NCBI GenBank assembly: GCA_965153455.1
Contig: OZ234493.1
Coordinates: forward strand, 5,704,001 to 5,768,000
DNA from: Sphagnum compactum
Taxonomy: Eukaryota
Direction of reading: 5' to 3'
DNA: 64,000 bases
Both the position numbers and the translations under genes were made by a program. Positions 1 through 11,600 of this stretch are shown piece by piece. Within the stretch, counting starts at the first letter, position 1, and each line of letters begins with the position of its first letter. Under the pieces are notes generated by a model. That model was not told the DNA's origin and did not search any database. It saw only the letters and a list, made by a program, of their open reading frames with translations.

Positions 1-2261
1 AACTTAGTTTTGAGATTAATTGAGGTTGTAGATAGTGGTTATTTTTCAACAAATTTTGTTGTTTTTTGACCAAAAATTTCAGAATAAAAAAAGATAGTGT
101 AAATTCAACTCTTCTTTTTGAAATTTCATTTTTTGGTGGAAAGTTTGAGTTTTCTATATCACAAAATTGCAAAGAATAGAAAAAAAAAACATCCTTGGTT
201 TTAGATTAGCATCCAAAATAGGTTTATTCACAACTAATAACTCCTTGAACTATTCATATGGAAGGTGGAAACCGGTGTTGAGCAATTATTTGAATTTCTA
301 AAGAATCCTGGTTCTAGCTTTAAAAAGAAAATTCATAATAGAAGAATCATTGGTCTTAGTTATTTCAAAAACCGTAGAAAATTGGTAGTTTTCACGAAAG
401 AAATTATAAAGAACTAATAGTTTTGTAGGCAACTTTTTTTTCAAACTTTTTGAAGACAATGGTTAAATACTAAAATAAGTTCTTTGATTTTTTGAGAGCC
501 ATGGATATGAATCCTAAGAACCACCGTGATACCACAAAGGTATGTTCCTCTTTGTGAGAAATGCTTAACACTAAAGGAAGCAACAAAAGATTTTTTTTTG
601 GGGGGTAAGTAAGCTAATGTCGGGTGGGTATTTGATTGTGTTAGTAACCATCCATTTTAATCTTGAAACATTTTCAAATTTGAGAACCATCATTCTAGGT
701 AGTTTGAAGAAAATAAAATCAAAGAACCACCAATTCATGTTACTTCAAAAGTCTTAAAGAACAACTAGGTTTCATGAAAGAACCACAAAAAAATTGGGAG
801 GTTTAAGTATAAGTATCGTTTGTCTTTTATGCCACATTGGAAAATCACAATAGTTTGTTGAGAGGAGACTCAAAAGGATTTGATCCATCTTATGCCATTA
901 GGTTAAGGTCTACAACCAAGTTAAATTGGGTTGGAACACAAATTTATGAAGAAATTTGGAACAATGTTATAATTATTGAATTATTTTCATAGGCAACTTT
1001 TTTTGTTAGTTTTACAAGTGTTTATGATGAATTTTGATATAGGTGTTATGCCCCTATTTTTGGTTATCACCCAATGTGATCATTTTAACACCAAAATCAA
1101 ATAACAATGTATGTGTGTGAAAATGATATGAAAAAATTTGAAGTTTCATCCAATAGGGAAGCAAAAACCCTAAAGCCTTCCAATAGGAAAGCAAAATCCT
1201 TCTCACTTATGTTCCAACCCAAAAAAAATAAATTGTCTAAATTATGTCTTTTAGCAATTGCACAATACATACTTGTGAGCCATGGATCATGTATATTAAA
1301 CTTCCTCATAAAATATGACCACACCCAATGTTAATTCTAGTGTTAGGTTAGTGTTTAAAATGTTAAAATTAAAGACCAATTCACATTTAAAATGTTAACT
1401 AACATTAAATATTAAGTGGCATATGACATGACATGGATGACAAGATGATGTTAATAATCGTTGTTAATTAACACTATATGTTTTTAAAGAATAAACTCAA
1501 AGCCAAACATCAATGCTAATTAAAGTTTCAAAAATGACAAATTAACTTAATGTTTAGTGCATGCATCCTTGTGGGTACTCATTTCTTTTTCTTTCTATAT
1601 TTCTCATTATCAATCTGGGTAAGACTATGGCAAAAAAGAAAAAGGGGAGAGGAAAAAAGAAAAGACAAAAGGAAGATGACCCTAATAAGTAAGTGTGAAT
1701 TGTTTCACAAACTCAATGAAAATAACTTAACGTTAGTTATCATTGAATATCATAGGTGGACATGTTTCAATAACAACATTAATGGTAACTTGTAGTGTTA
1801 GAAATTGTGTAATTGAGGACACTTTATTGATGCTAGGTTGATGTTATTTGCAAGCCCTAAACATCAAGTATGGCCATACATGAAGGTCATCCATTCCAAT
1901 ACTACTAAGGGGGAAAGTGGGCTTAACTTGAGAAATTCTTAAATGGGGACCTTGCTTAAAAGTTAGTTGTAACCTTTAATTAATTTTTATTGATAATGAT
2001 TAGTCTAATGACCTTGCTCCATTGGTCCGAAACTTGCAAAACAACAAACATGCACACACTATGTTGTTGAGAGTTTGCCATTGGTACCAAGTATGGAGCA
2101 AAGGGCCCATGGTTTGGGAGTGTTATGGAATGGTCACATTCAACCAAAGCAAACAAGGGGTGTGTCACATTGTGGTCTTGTCATTTACATTAAAATGTAT
2201 GTTAAGGCAAAAGAAGAAGAATTATGGAAACTCAAATATTTCACCATGCAAAAATATAATC

Positions 2262-2382
2262 TTCAAAAGAATCCTCTAAAAGAAACCAAAATCCTTGAAG
2301 ATATTATAACTCTATAACTAAATTCCAAGTTTCAACACAAGCCCAAAATATCATCTTTCAAAAATCCTCATGTAAAAATAGA
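2262..2382 (+). repeat. Dispersed repeat, copy 1 (second copy at ~29307-29431)
   Basis: TCCTTGAAGATATTATAACTCTAT...CAACACAAGCCCAAAATATCATCTTTCAAAAATCCTCATG...AAAATAGA recurs in direct orientation at 29.3 kb. Confidence 0.75.
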
Positions 2383-3036
2383 CCTATTATTATTACCTAG
2401 GGGCCAAAATCCCTTAAGCTACTATACTCTATAATGAATCTAAACACAATTTCCTTGCCTTCTTGGTAGGCAAGGCCAACAAACAAACACCTATCTTAAT
2501 ATATAGACATTTATACATACAATGGAGCAAGATAGATAGGGTTTAGGGTTTATCTATACAAGGTAAGTATAGCACAAAGTGTATTATCTAAACAAGCATG
2601 TGGAATGAATGAAACAATTAGTAGTGAAGAGCAAACACACAAACACTGATCATCACAGCTGATTTCACAAGAAACGAAATGTTTTGCACTCAAGAGAAGT
2701 TCAATCCTAAATTGGTGAAAACCAAGGAAAAAGCTCGGAAGTAGTAGAACTTCTTCTTCACATCTTGATTGTGATCCATGATGTGCTGCTGGTAAAAGAC
2801 AAGCAAGCACTGATTGGAAATTTGTCTCACTCAAAGTTAGCATTGAGGTTTAGCCTAAGTATTCCTTAAGCACAAATTAAACCCAATTGTGATTATTCAA
2901 ATCATATCCCAAATCAATAAACAAAGGAAGCAGAAATCTGAAAAACTGTTGAAAATAGATTCATTACTGTGAAGAATATGAATTTTATATATCAGGAGTT
3001 GGTTGGTTGATTGGTTGGTTGCGTGGGGTTTGATTT

Positions 3037-4510
3037 TCAGAACTGAGCTCCTTCATAAGTCTGTCCAAAACTCCAGGTAGCAGGTGCCGCATTCGTGGAG
3101 GTTACAGAGTTGCCATCACTAGTAGTGACAAGGAAGGAGATGGATTGTCCCACAAAATCCTGGTTGCATTGCCAGTTCTGACCCCAGTTTCGGGACATTG
3201 GGATCCAGTTTGCCATGTTGGATCCTTTCATGGAGACTGCACACACATCTCCAGAGCCACCCACATTGCTCACCAGCACCAAATTGAAGTAAGGATTGCC
3301 ATTGATGGTGAACCTAATCCCTCCACTTCTTGTGCAATCCACCCTACCGTGAGAGATCACCACCCGCCCATCCAAACACCCCAAAAGAAATGCCAAGCAC
3401 CCATCAGAAATTGAAGCCTTCAAAAGTTCAAGAACCCTGCAGAGAGATTTTGGACAATCAGGAGTACCTGCTGACTAAAAAGGAGAAAAATCTTCAAGCT
3501 CAGGTGAGAAAGGAATTTGTAAAGTTTTTTTTTACTTACTTGCGGTAGAGGACTGGAACAATGCCAGCTTGGTACTCAGCAATTTGAAGGAAAGCAGGTT
3601 GGGCCATGTCAAAATGGCTGAGAGGAGGGTTGCACCAGCCACCATTATCATTGGGTTCAGAGGGATTGGGAGGACAGAAGTTGGTTGCTGTGACTAAGAT
3701 GGAGGGGTTTCCAGATAAGCACCACTGGACAGCATTACACTTGATTTCATAGCAAGCTCCACAGCTAAGCCCATTGTTGAACATTGCGGTGCTCAGTGCC
3801 ACTGTCTTGGTGCCATAGCCCTCACTATAGACATTTGTATATCCACATGCTCCAGCTGCCACAAAAATTTCCAAAACTCCACAAATTGTGAGTTCCTCAA
3901 CTCCCCAAGTTCTCCTATCCAAGGAATCCATCTGAGTGCACACCACATCTCACCACATAAAATGGAACACAACAAAAAAGAGGGGGGAAAAAAGTTCAAA
4001 AGAGAAAGAGAGTCATTTATTACCCATCGTGCCTTCAGCATTTGCTCCTCCATAGAAAGTTGCATGTGCAGCAGACCATGCTACAGCTGCAGAAGCTAAA
4101 GCTAAGCTCTCTGAATTCTTCAAGCTGTTGTGGGAATATGCTTCTTGCCTGTTATATCCACTATAAACTCCATAGTAGCTGGAGCCACCAGCACCACCCA
4201 TGGGCCTGCTGCTGCTGCTGCTGCTGCTGGGATTTTGGTTTCTAGAGTAGAAATCTGCTGTGGATTCATAATTTCCAAGTTGAGGAAGAACTTCATCAAA
4301 TTGGGTGTTGACAGAAGAAGAAGAAGAAGAAGCAGAAGACGAAGACACATCAAGCTCATCTGTGTTTGCAAAACTGAATTGGAAATCTTTGTCTTCTTCC
4401 TCCATGGATTCTTCAGGTGAGATAGAATGTCCTTCTGCTGAATGACATGCAGCTAAGTACAGCATTACAATAGCTACCAGTGACACCAGTGCCAGAACTC
4501 CAGCTCCCAT
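3037..4510 (-). CDS. EXPA: Alpha-expansin (EXPA) with long Ser/acidic N-terminal extension
   Basis: Three coding exons 4510-4024, 3855-3540, 3343-3037 with GT-AG junctions. Motifs: AHATFYGG...[67 protein letters not shown]. Hydrophobic signal peptide at the N-terminus. Confidence 0.96.
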
Positions 4511-5274
4511 CTTTGTTCCCCTGTTGCAATTTGGTTATCATAACATGAGTTTCATAGCCAGCTAGCTACATGTAAGCTTGAAAGCAAATTCCAAAAGTTT
4601 CATTTTTTGCAACAAACAACCAAGTCTCCAAAATCTTTCATGTTTCAGAAAAAAAGGCAGCAAAATGTCAATGCTGCAACAAATCAAGACTCTACTTGAA
4701 ACTCAGCCAAATCAAATCACCCAATGAAGGTCGGTGCTGAATTTCAGTATCTGGGTTTGCTGCAAAAGAAAAAACATGCTTCCTCATGAAAGATGCCTGC
4801 CAACTTTGCCCAAATCCCCAGAATCTTCCCCCCCACGAAAAAAAAAGAGAAAAAAGAAAGAACCATCAGGAAAAATAAAAACTGATCACAAAAGAAACAT
4901 GCTATCAAAACACTGAAAGTTAATACTACTACTACTGGCAATAGTGAGCATGGACATGAACCTTCTTCAAACTGTTTGCAACTTCACTCAGCAGCAGCAG
5001 CAGCAGCTCCTCCAGAGTCACAAGCAAAAGGGGGTTATTTGAATTCAGTAACAGATCAATCTCCTCCCACACTTTGTACAGATTCAGTTGAAGACAAAAA
5101 ACAAAAAACAAACAGCAAACAGCAGCAGCTAACTTACTTGCACCACAACAACAACAACAGCAACAAAACAGAAACAACCAATTTCTTCACTAGTGTACCA
5201 AAGCATGATCAGAACTAGAATTGATGAAAATCCATACTCAATATGAAATCCAGGGTGATGAATCACAAGGGGGG

Positions 5275-5645
5275 AAAAAGATGGAGATGGGATTTGTGTT
5301 GATGAATGAATGAGTTAGTTGATCAGATTTGAAGATGGAGAATGGGAACTTTGTGTTGATGAATGAATTGGGGTATATGGGTTGGATTTGAGGATGGAGA
5401 ATGGAATTTGTGTTGATGACTGAAGGAATTGGGTACATGATCAGATTTGAGGATGGAGAATGGAGTCTGTGCTGATGAATAAATGAATTGGGTATATATT
5501 CAGATTTGAAGATGGAGATGGAATTTGTGTTGATGAATAAAAGAATTGGGTAAATGTTCAGGTTTGAAGATGGAGATGGAAATTTGTGTCAAAATAGATA
5601 GATGAATGAATGAGTGAGTGAACTGGGTATATGATCAGATTTGAA
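5275..5645. repeat. Degenerate ~60-bp tandem repeat, about 6 copies
   Basis: Recurring unit CAGATTTGAAGATGGAGA(A)TGGAATTTGTGTTGATGAAT...GAATTGGGTATAT upstream of the expansin CDS. Confidence 0.85.
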
Positions 5646-8600
5646 AAACTAGAGGGGAGAAATCATTGATGAGAGAATAGCAACCTGAGAGAGAAATCAG
5701 CTGCACACCCACTTACTCTGTTGTTAATGCAACCACGTCCAGAGCACTAAAGAACCCCCTCCATCCCCTCCAGAACCGCGGAAATGCACATCAATTTTTA
5801 GGTTGCTTGATTTTCTCAGTCTTCAAATGAAAAAAAAAGTCATTGCATTTAATAATTGCTACTCTCCTTACCTCATCTCATCACTCCCCCAGAGTTCCAG
5901 ACTCCACTCCCTTGTCCCTTCCTCTCCTTCCAATCCCAAATTCTTCCCTCTTACTTTGGTTTCTAATGATAGAAACCCTCTGTTTCCATTTTTTTCAAAA
6001 TTGTGTTGGGCACTTGTCCTGCACTAGGATAGCATCAAAAGGAGATTGGCCTGAGTACAGGCCCTTTCGTGATTTGAGATCTGTGCCCGAGAAGGCCCGT
6101 AGGTCAAGGGAACAACAACAGGTCGAAAATAATGGAAGGCCCTGTGTACTCAGGTCCTTTTCCTACGTAAAGCGGCGGCGCTGGGAATTTTTTTCACCTT
6201 TTAGAAATAGTGACAGGCTGGCTGGTACCTTCCGATCGATGATGGTCGGAAGACCCCAGTGTAGCCTAGCTGGTATACCTTCCACTGCAGAAGGTCCCGC
6301 TTGCTGAAAACAGGTTTCTTCAGGCAGGTGAGGGAGCTGAAAATACAAAGGAAAAAAATCCAGGCAGTGCTTTACGTCAGGTAACGCCCCTTGAGCAAGG
6401 TGTTCCTGAAATAAGTGCACCCTTTAAGCTGATTTTGGGAATGCCCTAAGAACCACCCTGATAGCCTCTAGGGTTTATTTAGTGGCCATCTCTATTAGCC
6501 GCTCAACTAGTGTGATTTAGGGTTTTTGTATTGACTTGTTTTCTTGCACTTGGAAATGGAGGTGGGTATGCAAAATAATTGCTAGGAAGTGAGTTGGAAT
6601 TTTTATTTATTTCTTTATTTATTTCTGGCGGTCTTAAGAACAATCGATTCGAGGATTTAAGTTTTCCTTATTGAAGGGTAGGGTTTGGGACGGGTCTCCC
6701 CAATTGTGTGGGTGGGTTTCATTGATGATTATTTGCCAAATACCCCAGTTTGGTATAGCTGCGGGGTTTTTGTCAAATCCTAGTTTAGGCTCAATTTAAG
6801 GAATGTTTAGGGTTTTATTCTTCAATGAATTGCTAGTTCTTTAAATCAAAATATATATTTAAAAATTAACAAATAAAATCATATAGTATCAAAAATAAAA
6901 TAAAATGTTAAATTATATTCTATATTATTCATTGTAGAAACTAAGATAAAACAAAGTGAGATCAAATGGAGTCTCATATAGGAAATTGGAATTTGGATTA
7001 GATCACAAGTTGGAATTAGTGGACATTTTCGTTTCGAACTATTACTACAAAAATACATGGGTGCTAAATGAAAGAAACAAGGTTTCATGAATTAGAACGT
7101 TTGTTGATTGTCGTATCGGGTTATGTAGCCTAGGAAAGGCATGTGCCTATAAAGAATAATTTTCAATTAAATCATTCCTAGCACATAGGTAGATTGCACA
7201 ACTAATTGCTCACACATCGTTCACATATCATGCAAAACATTTTAACAATACAAGACATGAAAGTTACATGATTTTGGGTTAGGATCACCCATGCATCTAA
7301 AACTTGATTTTTGTTTTTGTGAGCTACACTCAATGGGGAGTTCATCACATGCATCTAAAGACCTTGTTCAATGGCAATCGTTCATAAAAAACATTGTATG
7401 TTTTATTCTTATGAACATTTCCATGATAAAAATGCTTAGATGCATGGGTGATGCTTGTATTGAACGTTTTCATTCATCAACTACAAGTCAATAATATTAT
7501 GTAACATACTAACATTTCATAATTACCATCCTTCTATAGATGAAGTATTATATTATTTGAAATTTATTTCTAAGGATCAAGTCAAATTCACCTAATTGAA
7601 TTTCAATTATGCTTAACCCAAAATATTTACTAAATAATTCATGAATCCAAGCCATTTTTAAAAATAGATTTGTGATGTTGCTAGATTAGTGATCATCCAC
7701 GAGGAGATTTAACCACATTTGGCTATATATTAGCTACGAAAATAAGTATTTGTCTTAAGAAAATCTCCAGGCTATTGAATAATGTGTAGAAACATGGTGA
7801 TTCAAAAAAAATTGACATAATATTTGTTTTGGAATTCTTTTTCACAAAATGGCAAAAATTTGCCCCAAAAAATGCTAGTATAAACTTACATCAGTAATCA
7901 AAAAATTCTCAAGGTAGGGCTCATAAGTTTTATTATTTATTTCCCATACTTATCCATCCTTTTACCCTAAGGCAATAATATTAAAATATAAAATTCTTAA
8001 CCCATAATAACCCATCTTGGTGTTATAGGTCCAAGTTTTAGCAACTTTGATTCACAAATTGAACCATCCCCAACATTTTTATCATATGCCCTTAAGATAA
8101 TCCCACATATTTGAACCTTCAATTAAAGAAAAAATAAATCAAATGTCAAATACCCAACTCTATCAAAATCCAACCTTCATATGCTGAAGGCCCTTAGAAA
8201 ATGAAAAGATGTTTGAAGCTTTCATTTCATACTAGCTTTTTCAAGCACCCAATTTAATCAAAATTCTTTTCTCATATGTGCAAGCCCCTTCAAAAGCCCT
8301 TTCAAAAAATTTAAGATACTTCAAGTTTTCATCTCATACTAACTCTTTTAAGCATTCAACTATGATCAATTTGATCCCTTTGTCATATGTCCAAGCCCCA
8401 AGTCAAAAATCGAATATGTTTCAAGCTTTCAAGTGCAAAAACTTCATTGACCCACCACTAACATCTAACTCCACATTCAAATGATTCGCCCCTTTTCTTT
8501 CACTTCGAATGTTGTCCAAAATAAAGTTCATTTAAAAAACTATAATCCCACAAGACATGTGCAAGAACTAACAACCTTGAAACTTGCAAAATTCATGGAC

Positions 8601-8929
8601 ATCATCAAACATCTGTGCATGTATGACAAATGTGAAAGAACATGTGCGAGATGCATATTATCAACACCAATTTGTGTACCCATATTTGATCTTCAAACAT
8701 CAACAATATTAGGAGACCATCCTTAGCTACACATCGTCACCATGCACCCAAAAGCTATGAACATGTACATGAATCAAAAACCCACCACAAAAGCCCAAGT
8801 GATTTTTTTTAAAAATTCTCATCATAAAGCCAAAAAATGTGTGTCAAAAACATCAAGGAATTCTTCATGTTCCATCCTTGAATTTGGCATCAAGGTCATC
8901 TATCGAGACTAATTCAACCTCACAAGTGA

Positions 8930-10200
8930 TTGCAAGTCCATTAGTTCCAAGCATTCAACTCATGGGTTAGATGGTCAATTCTTGTTGATAAATATCATCT
9001 GGTCAAGATGGTCAATGTAAATGTGACATTTTTGAAGTGTGGTGTACCTATGTAATGGGAAAGATTTTTTCTAAGTTTCAATTTGGCTAGTTGGAATGCC
9101 AAAACTTGTTTCTACCAACATAACAATTGTGAGATTATTTACGTTCCTTTGTGCATCACTAGGTCAAGGCACATTAAGATGTGTTAACATCAACAAGATG
9201 ACATGTTGACAAAAGTTGCTTCAAATTATTAACATTTGTTTCCTTAGTTTTATGAAAGATATCATATCAAAGTCCATGTGTGAACATTGCAATTGAAAAT
9301 TTTCAACCACATTAGGTATCAAAAGCTTATAACATTCCACTAATAAAGGGAATAATTGTTGCTCATCATATTCGACAACCAAGATTGTTGTTTTGTTGTG
9401 TCTCACATAACTAATGACAAGGTACATGCTTGTGAACTTGGTCCACCCAACATCAAAGTAAAAATGTTATGACTTTTTTCTTGTCAAATGGATGCAAAAA
9501 GGAAATGAAAGGGTTTAGGACTTCCAATAATTCGGGTTTTATGCATCATAAATTCCTCTAACTCCTCATTTTAAAAACTTACCTTTAAATTTGTCAAATT
9601 TTTTGGAATAATTCAATCACAAAGCTCTTCATGCATCTCTTAACATTTTGAAATTTGATGAATTACAAAACATCGACAAGGAGTTAATGCCCATGATTCT
9701 GAGTTAAGGCATAACCAATGATAATATGTGAAAATATTGTTCAAGTTCTTGGAAAAGGAACATGGTTTTGCAACACCGTAATTTGCTAATTATCACAACG
9801 TAAGGTCAATTTCCACATGAAATGATTAAATTTTTTTTCCAAATATTTCATGAATTTGAAATTAATATCATTTCATGATCTACTATGATATTGTCATATG
9901 AAGAGTGAAATTATTTTGATTGTAGCCTATGACAATAATGATAGTTTTCAGCACTTTAATTTCATATTTTCATGAAAATTTGTTTCATTATTTTAAAAAC
10001 TACTTAATGAAAAATTTGACCTTTGGGTAACTTGTATAACATAACATAATGATTGATTGAAATGTCATTGCATCTTGAACAAGATTCAACTTGCAAACTT
10101 GGAATTTAAAAGAAATAAACTTTTAAAAACTTTTAGTTGCCTTTTACATGCATGTTGAAAAACATAATTCAACATGTGTATATTCTAAGAAAATGAAAGA
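8930..10200 (-). mobile_element. Decayed hAT-superfamily transposase remnant
   Basis: Minus-strand translation across stops and frameshifts gives TQNHGH*LLVDVL (~9700), YLVISYV...EYDEQQLFPLLVECY (9221-9427), GIPTSQIET* (~9075-9105) and KCHIYIDHLDQMIFINKN*PSNP (~8960-9035). The last two resemble the hAT C-terminal dimerisation region (GIxxSQIETERIFS...RCRL...LIFVNKNWP). Boundaries are approximate. Confidence 0.7.
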
Positions 10201-10769
10201 CCCATATAAGGCACAAAGAAAAGAAAAACAAGAGGTCTACTCACTTGCTTTTCATTAACATGTTCAACTTTTTGGGTTTTAATTTAAAGTTTACACAATC
10301 CTTGTCTTAAGCTTACCACCCCTTGTTTGATTTTATACAACAAGTGATACCTTCCTGGATATCAACTTGTGCTAATTTTATACATGCATATTTGAACCCA
10401 AAAGTTATGGTGTCATCAATTTTAATTAGCATATTGAGAAATGGATTTTGTGATTGACCTTTATGACTATGTATTAATTAAAAATGATATTTACAACTAA
10501 TGACTATTAAGTTGTTCAACCCATGACGTTTCACCCATTTAGTTGCAAAGCCCAATCGTCTTATCAACTAGAACTTTTTAATTTTCTTATAACATTGAAA
10601 TTCCATATCATCATTGACCTTGGTATGACATGTAAAGTGCATGCTACGTCAATGTAGTTGTTTTACTCAACTAAGAGTTACAAAAGACATTTTGATAGAT
10701 GGATGACATGTGTCAGAAATCCGTAAACACATGTTCAATTATGAATAATCACACATGAGCAAAAGTCAA

Positions 10770-11600
10770 CATAACATAGCCTAGGTAGCTAGCCTAGCCA
10801 AAAGTCAACCTAGCCTAACTTAGTTTAGCTAGCCTAACCTAAGTTAAAAACAAACTTTAACTTCCTAACCTAGGTAGCATAAATTAAGTTATTTAATTTA
10901 GGTTAAGTGGCCTAGGTATCATAAGTTGCAAGAACATGGACTTGAACCTTTCACCTACACTTTGGGGTCAAGTCTTCATCCATTGCACTATCACATTTTT
11001 TAATATTAAATTTATTAAACAAAAAATTATAAAGATCAAATTTTTAGCTTCAAATTAAATTAGGCTACTTAATCTAGGTTAACCTAAGCTTCCCTAGGTT
11101 GATTTAAGATGAATTAGGTCAACCTAAACTACCTACAAGCTTAGCCTAGGTTCATTTAGGCTTCCCAATGCTAAAAGTAAATTAACCTAATCTAACCTAG
11201 TTATGACTACTTAGGTTCTAGGTTAGATTTATATTAAAGTACTTGATAGACCTAGCTAGGTTAGACCTAAACTAAACTAGGCTAGACTTAGGTTAATCTA
11301 GATTAGACATAGACTAAATTAGTTTAAATATGGCTAAACACAATTATTTTGGCTTAACATGATTAAACATAGCTAAACACTTTTAAACATAATTATTTAG
11401 GCTAAACATGGTTGAAAATTGTTAATGTATATAACTAAATTAATATAGTTCATATTTTAAATAATAATTTAGAGTAAACATGGTTAAACTAACATAAATG
11501 AATCTAAACATAATTTTTTGTTAAACGTAGTTAAATAATGATAAATTAAGCTAACTTTGAATATTTAGGTTATATTTGGTTAAATTTAGAAAAAAAGGTA
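10770..11600. repeat. Low-complexity CCTAG/CTAAA short-period repeat tract (possible TE subterminal region)
   Basis: Dense AACCTAGG/CTAGCCTAA/TAAACAT(G)G motifs in both orientations, next to the hAT remnant. Confidence 0.6.

Noticed and set aside
250-800. Repeated AGAACC-rich motifs at the window start
   Set aside because: Probably a common degenerate interspersed repeat, but I could not define boundaries or class.
5843-6307. 154-aa ORF upstream of the expansin
   Set aside because: Non-ATG start, no recognisable motif and no supporting splice structure.
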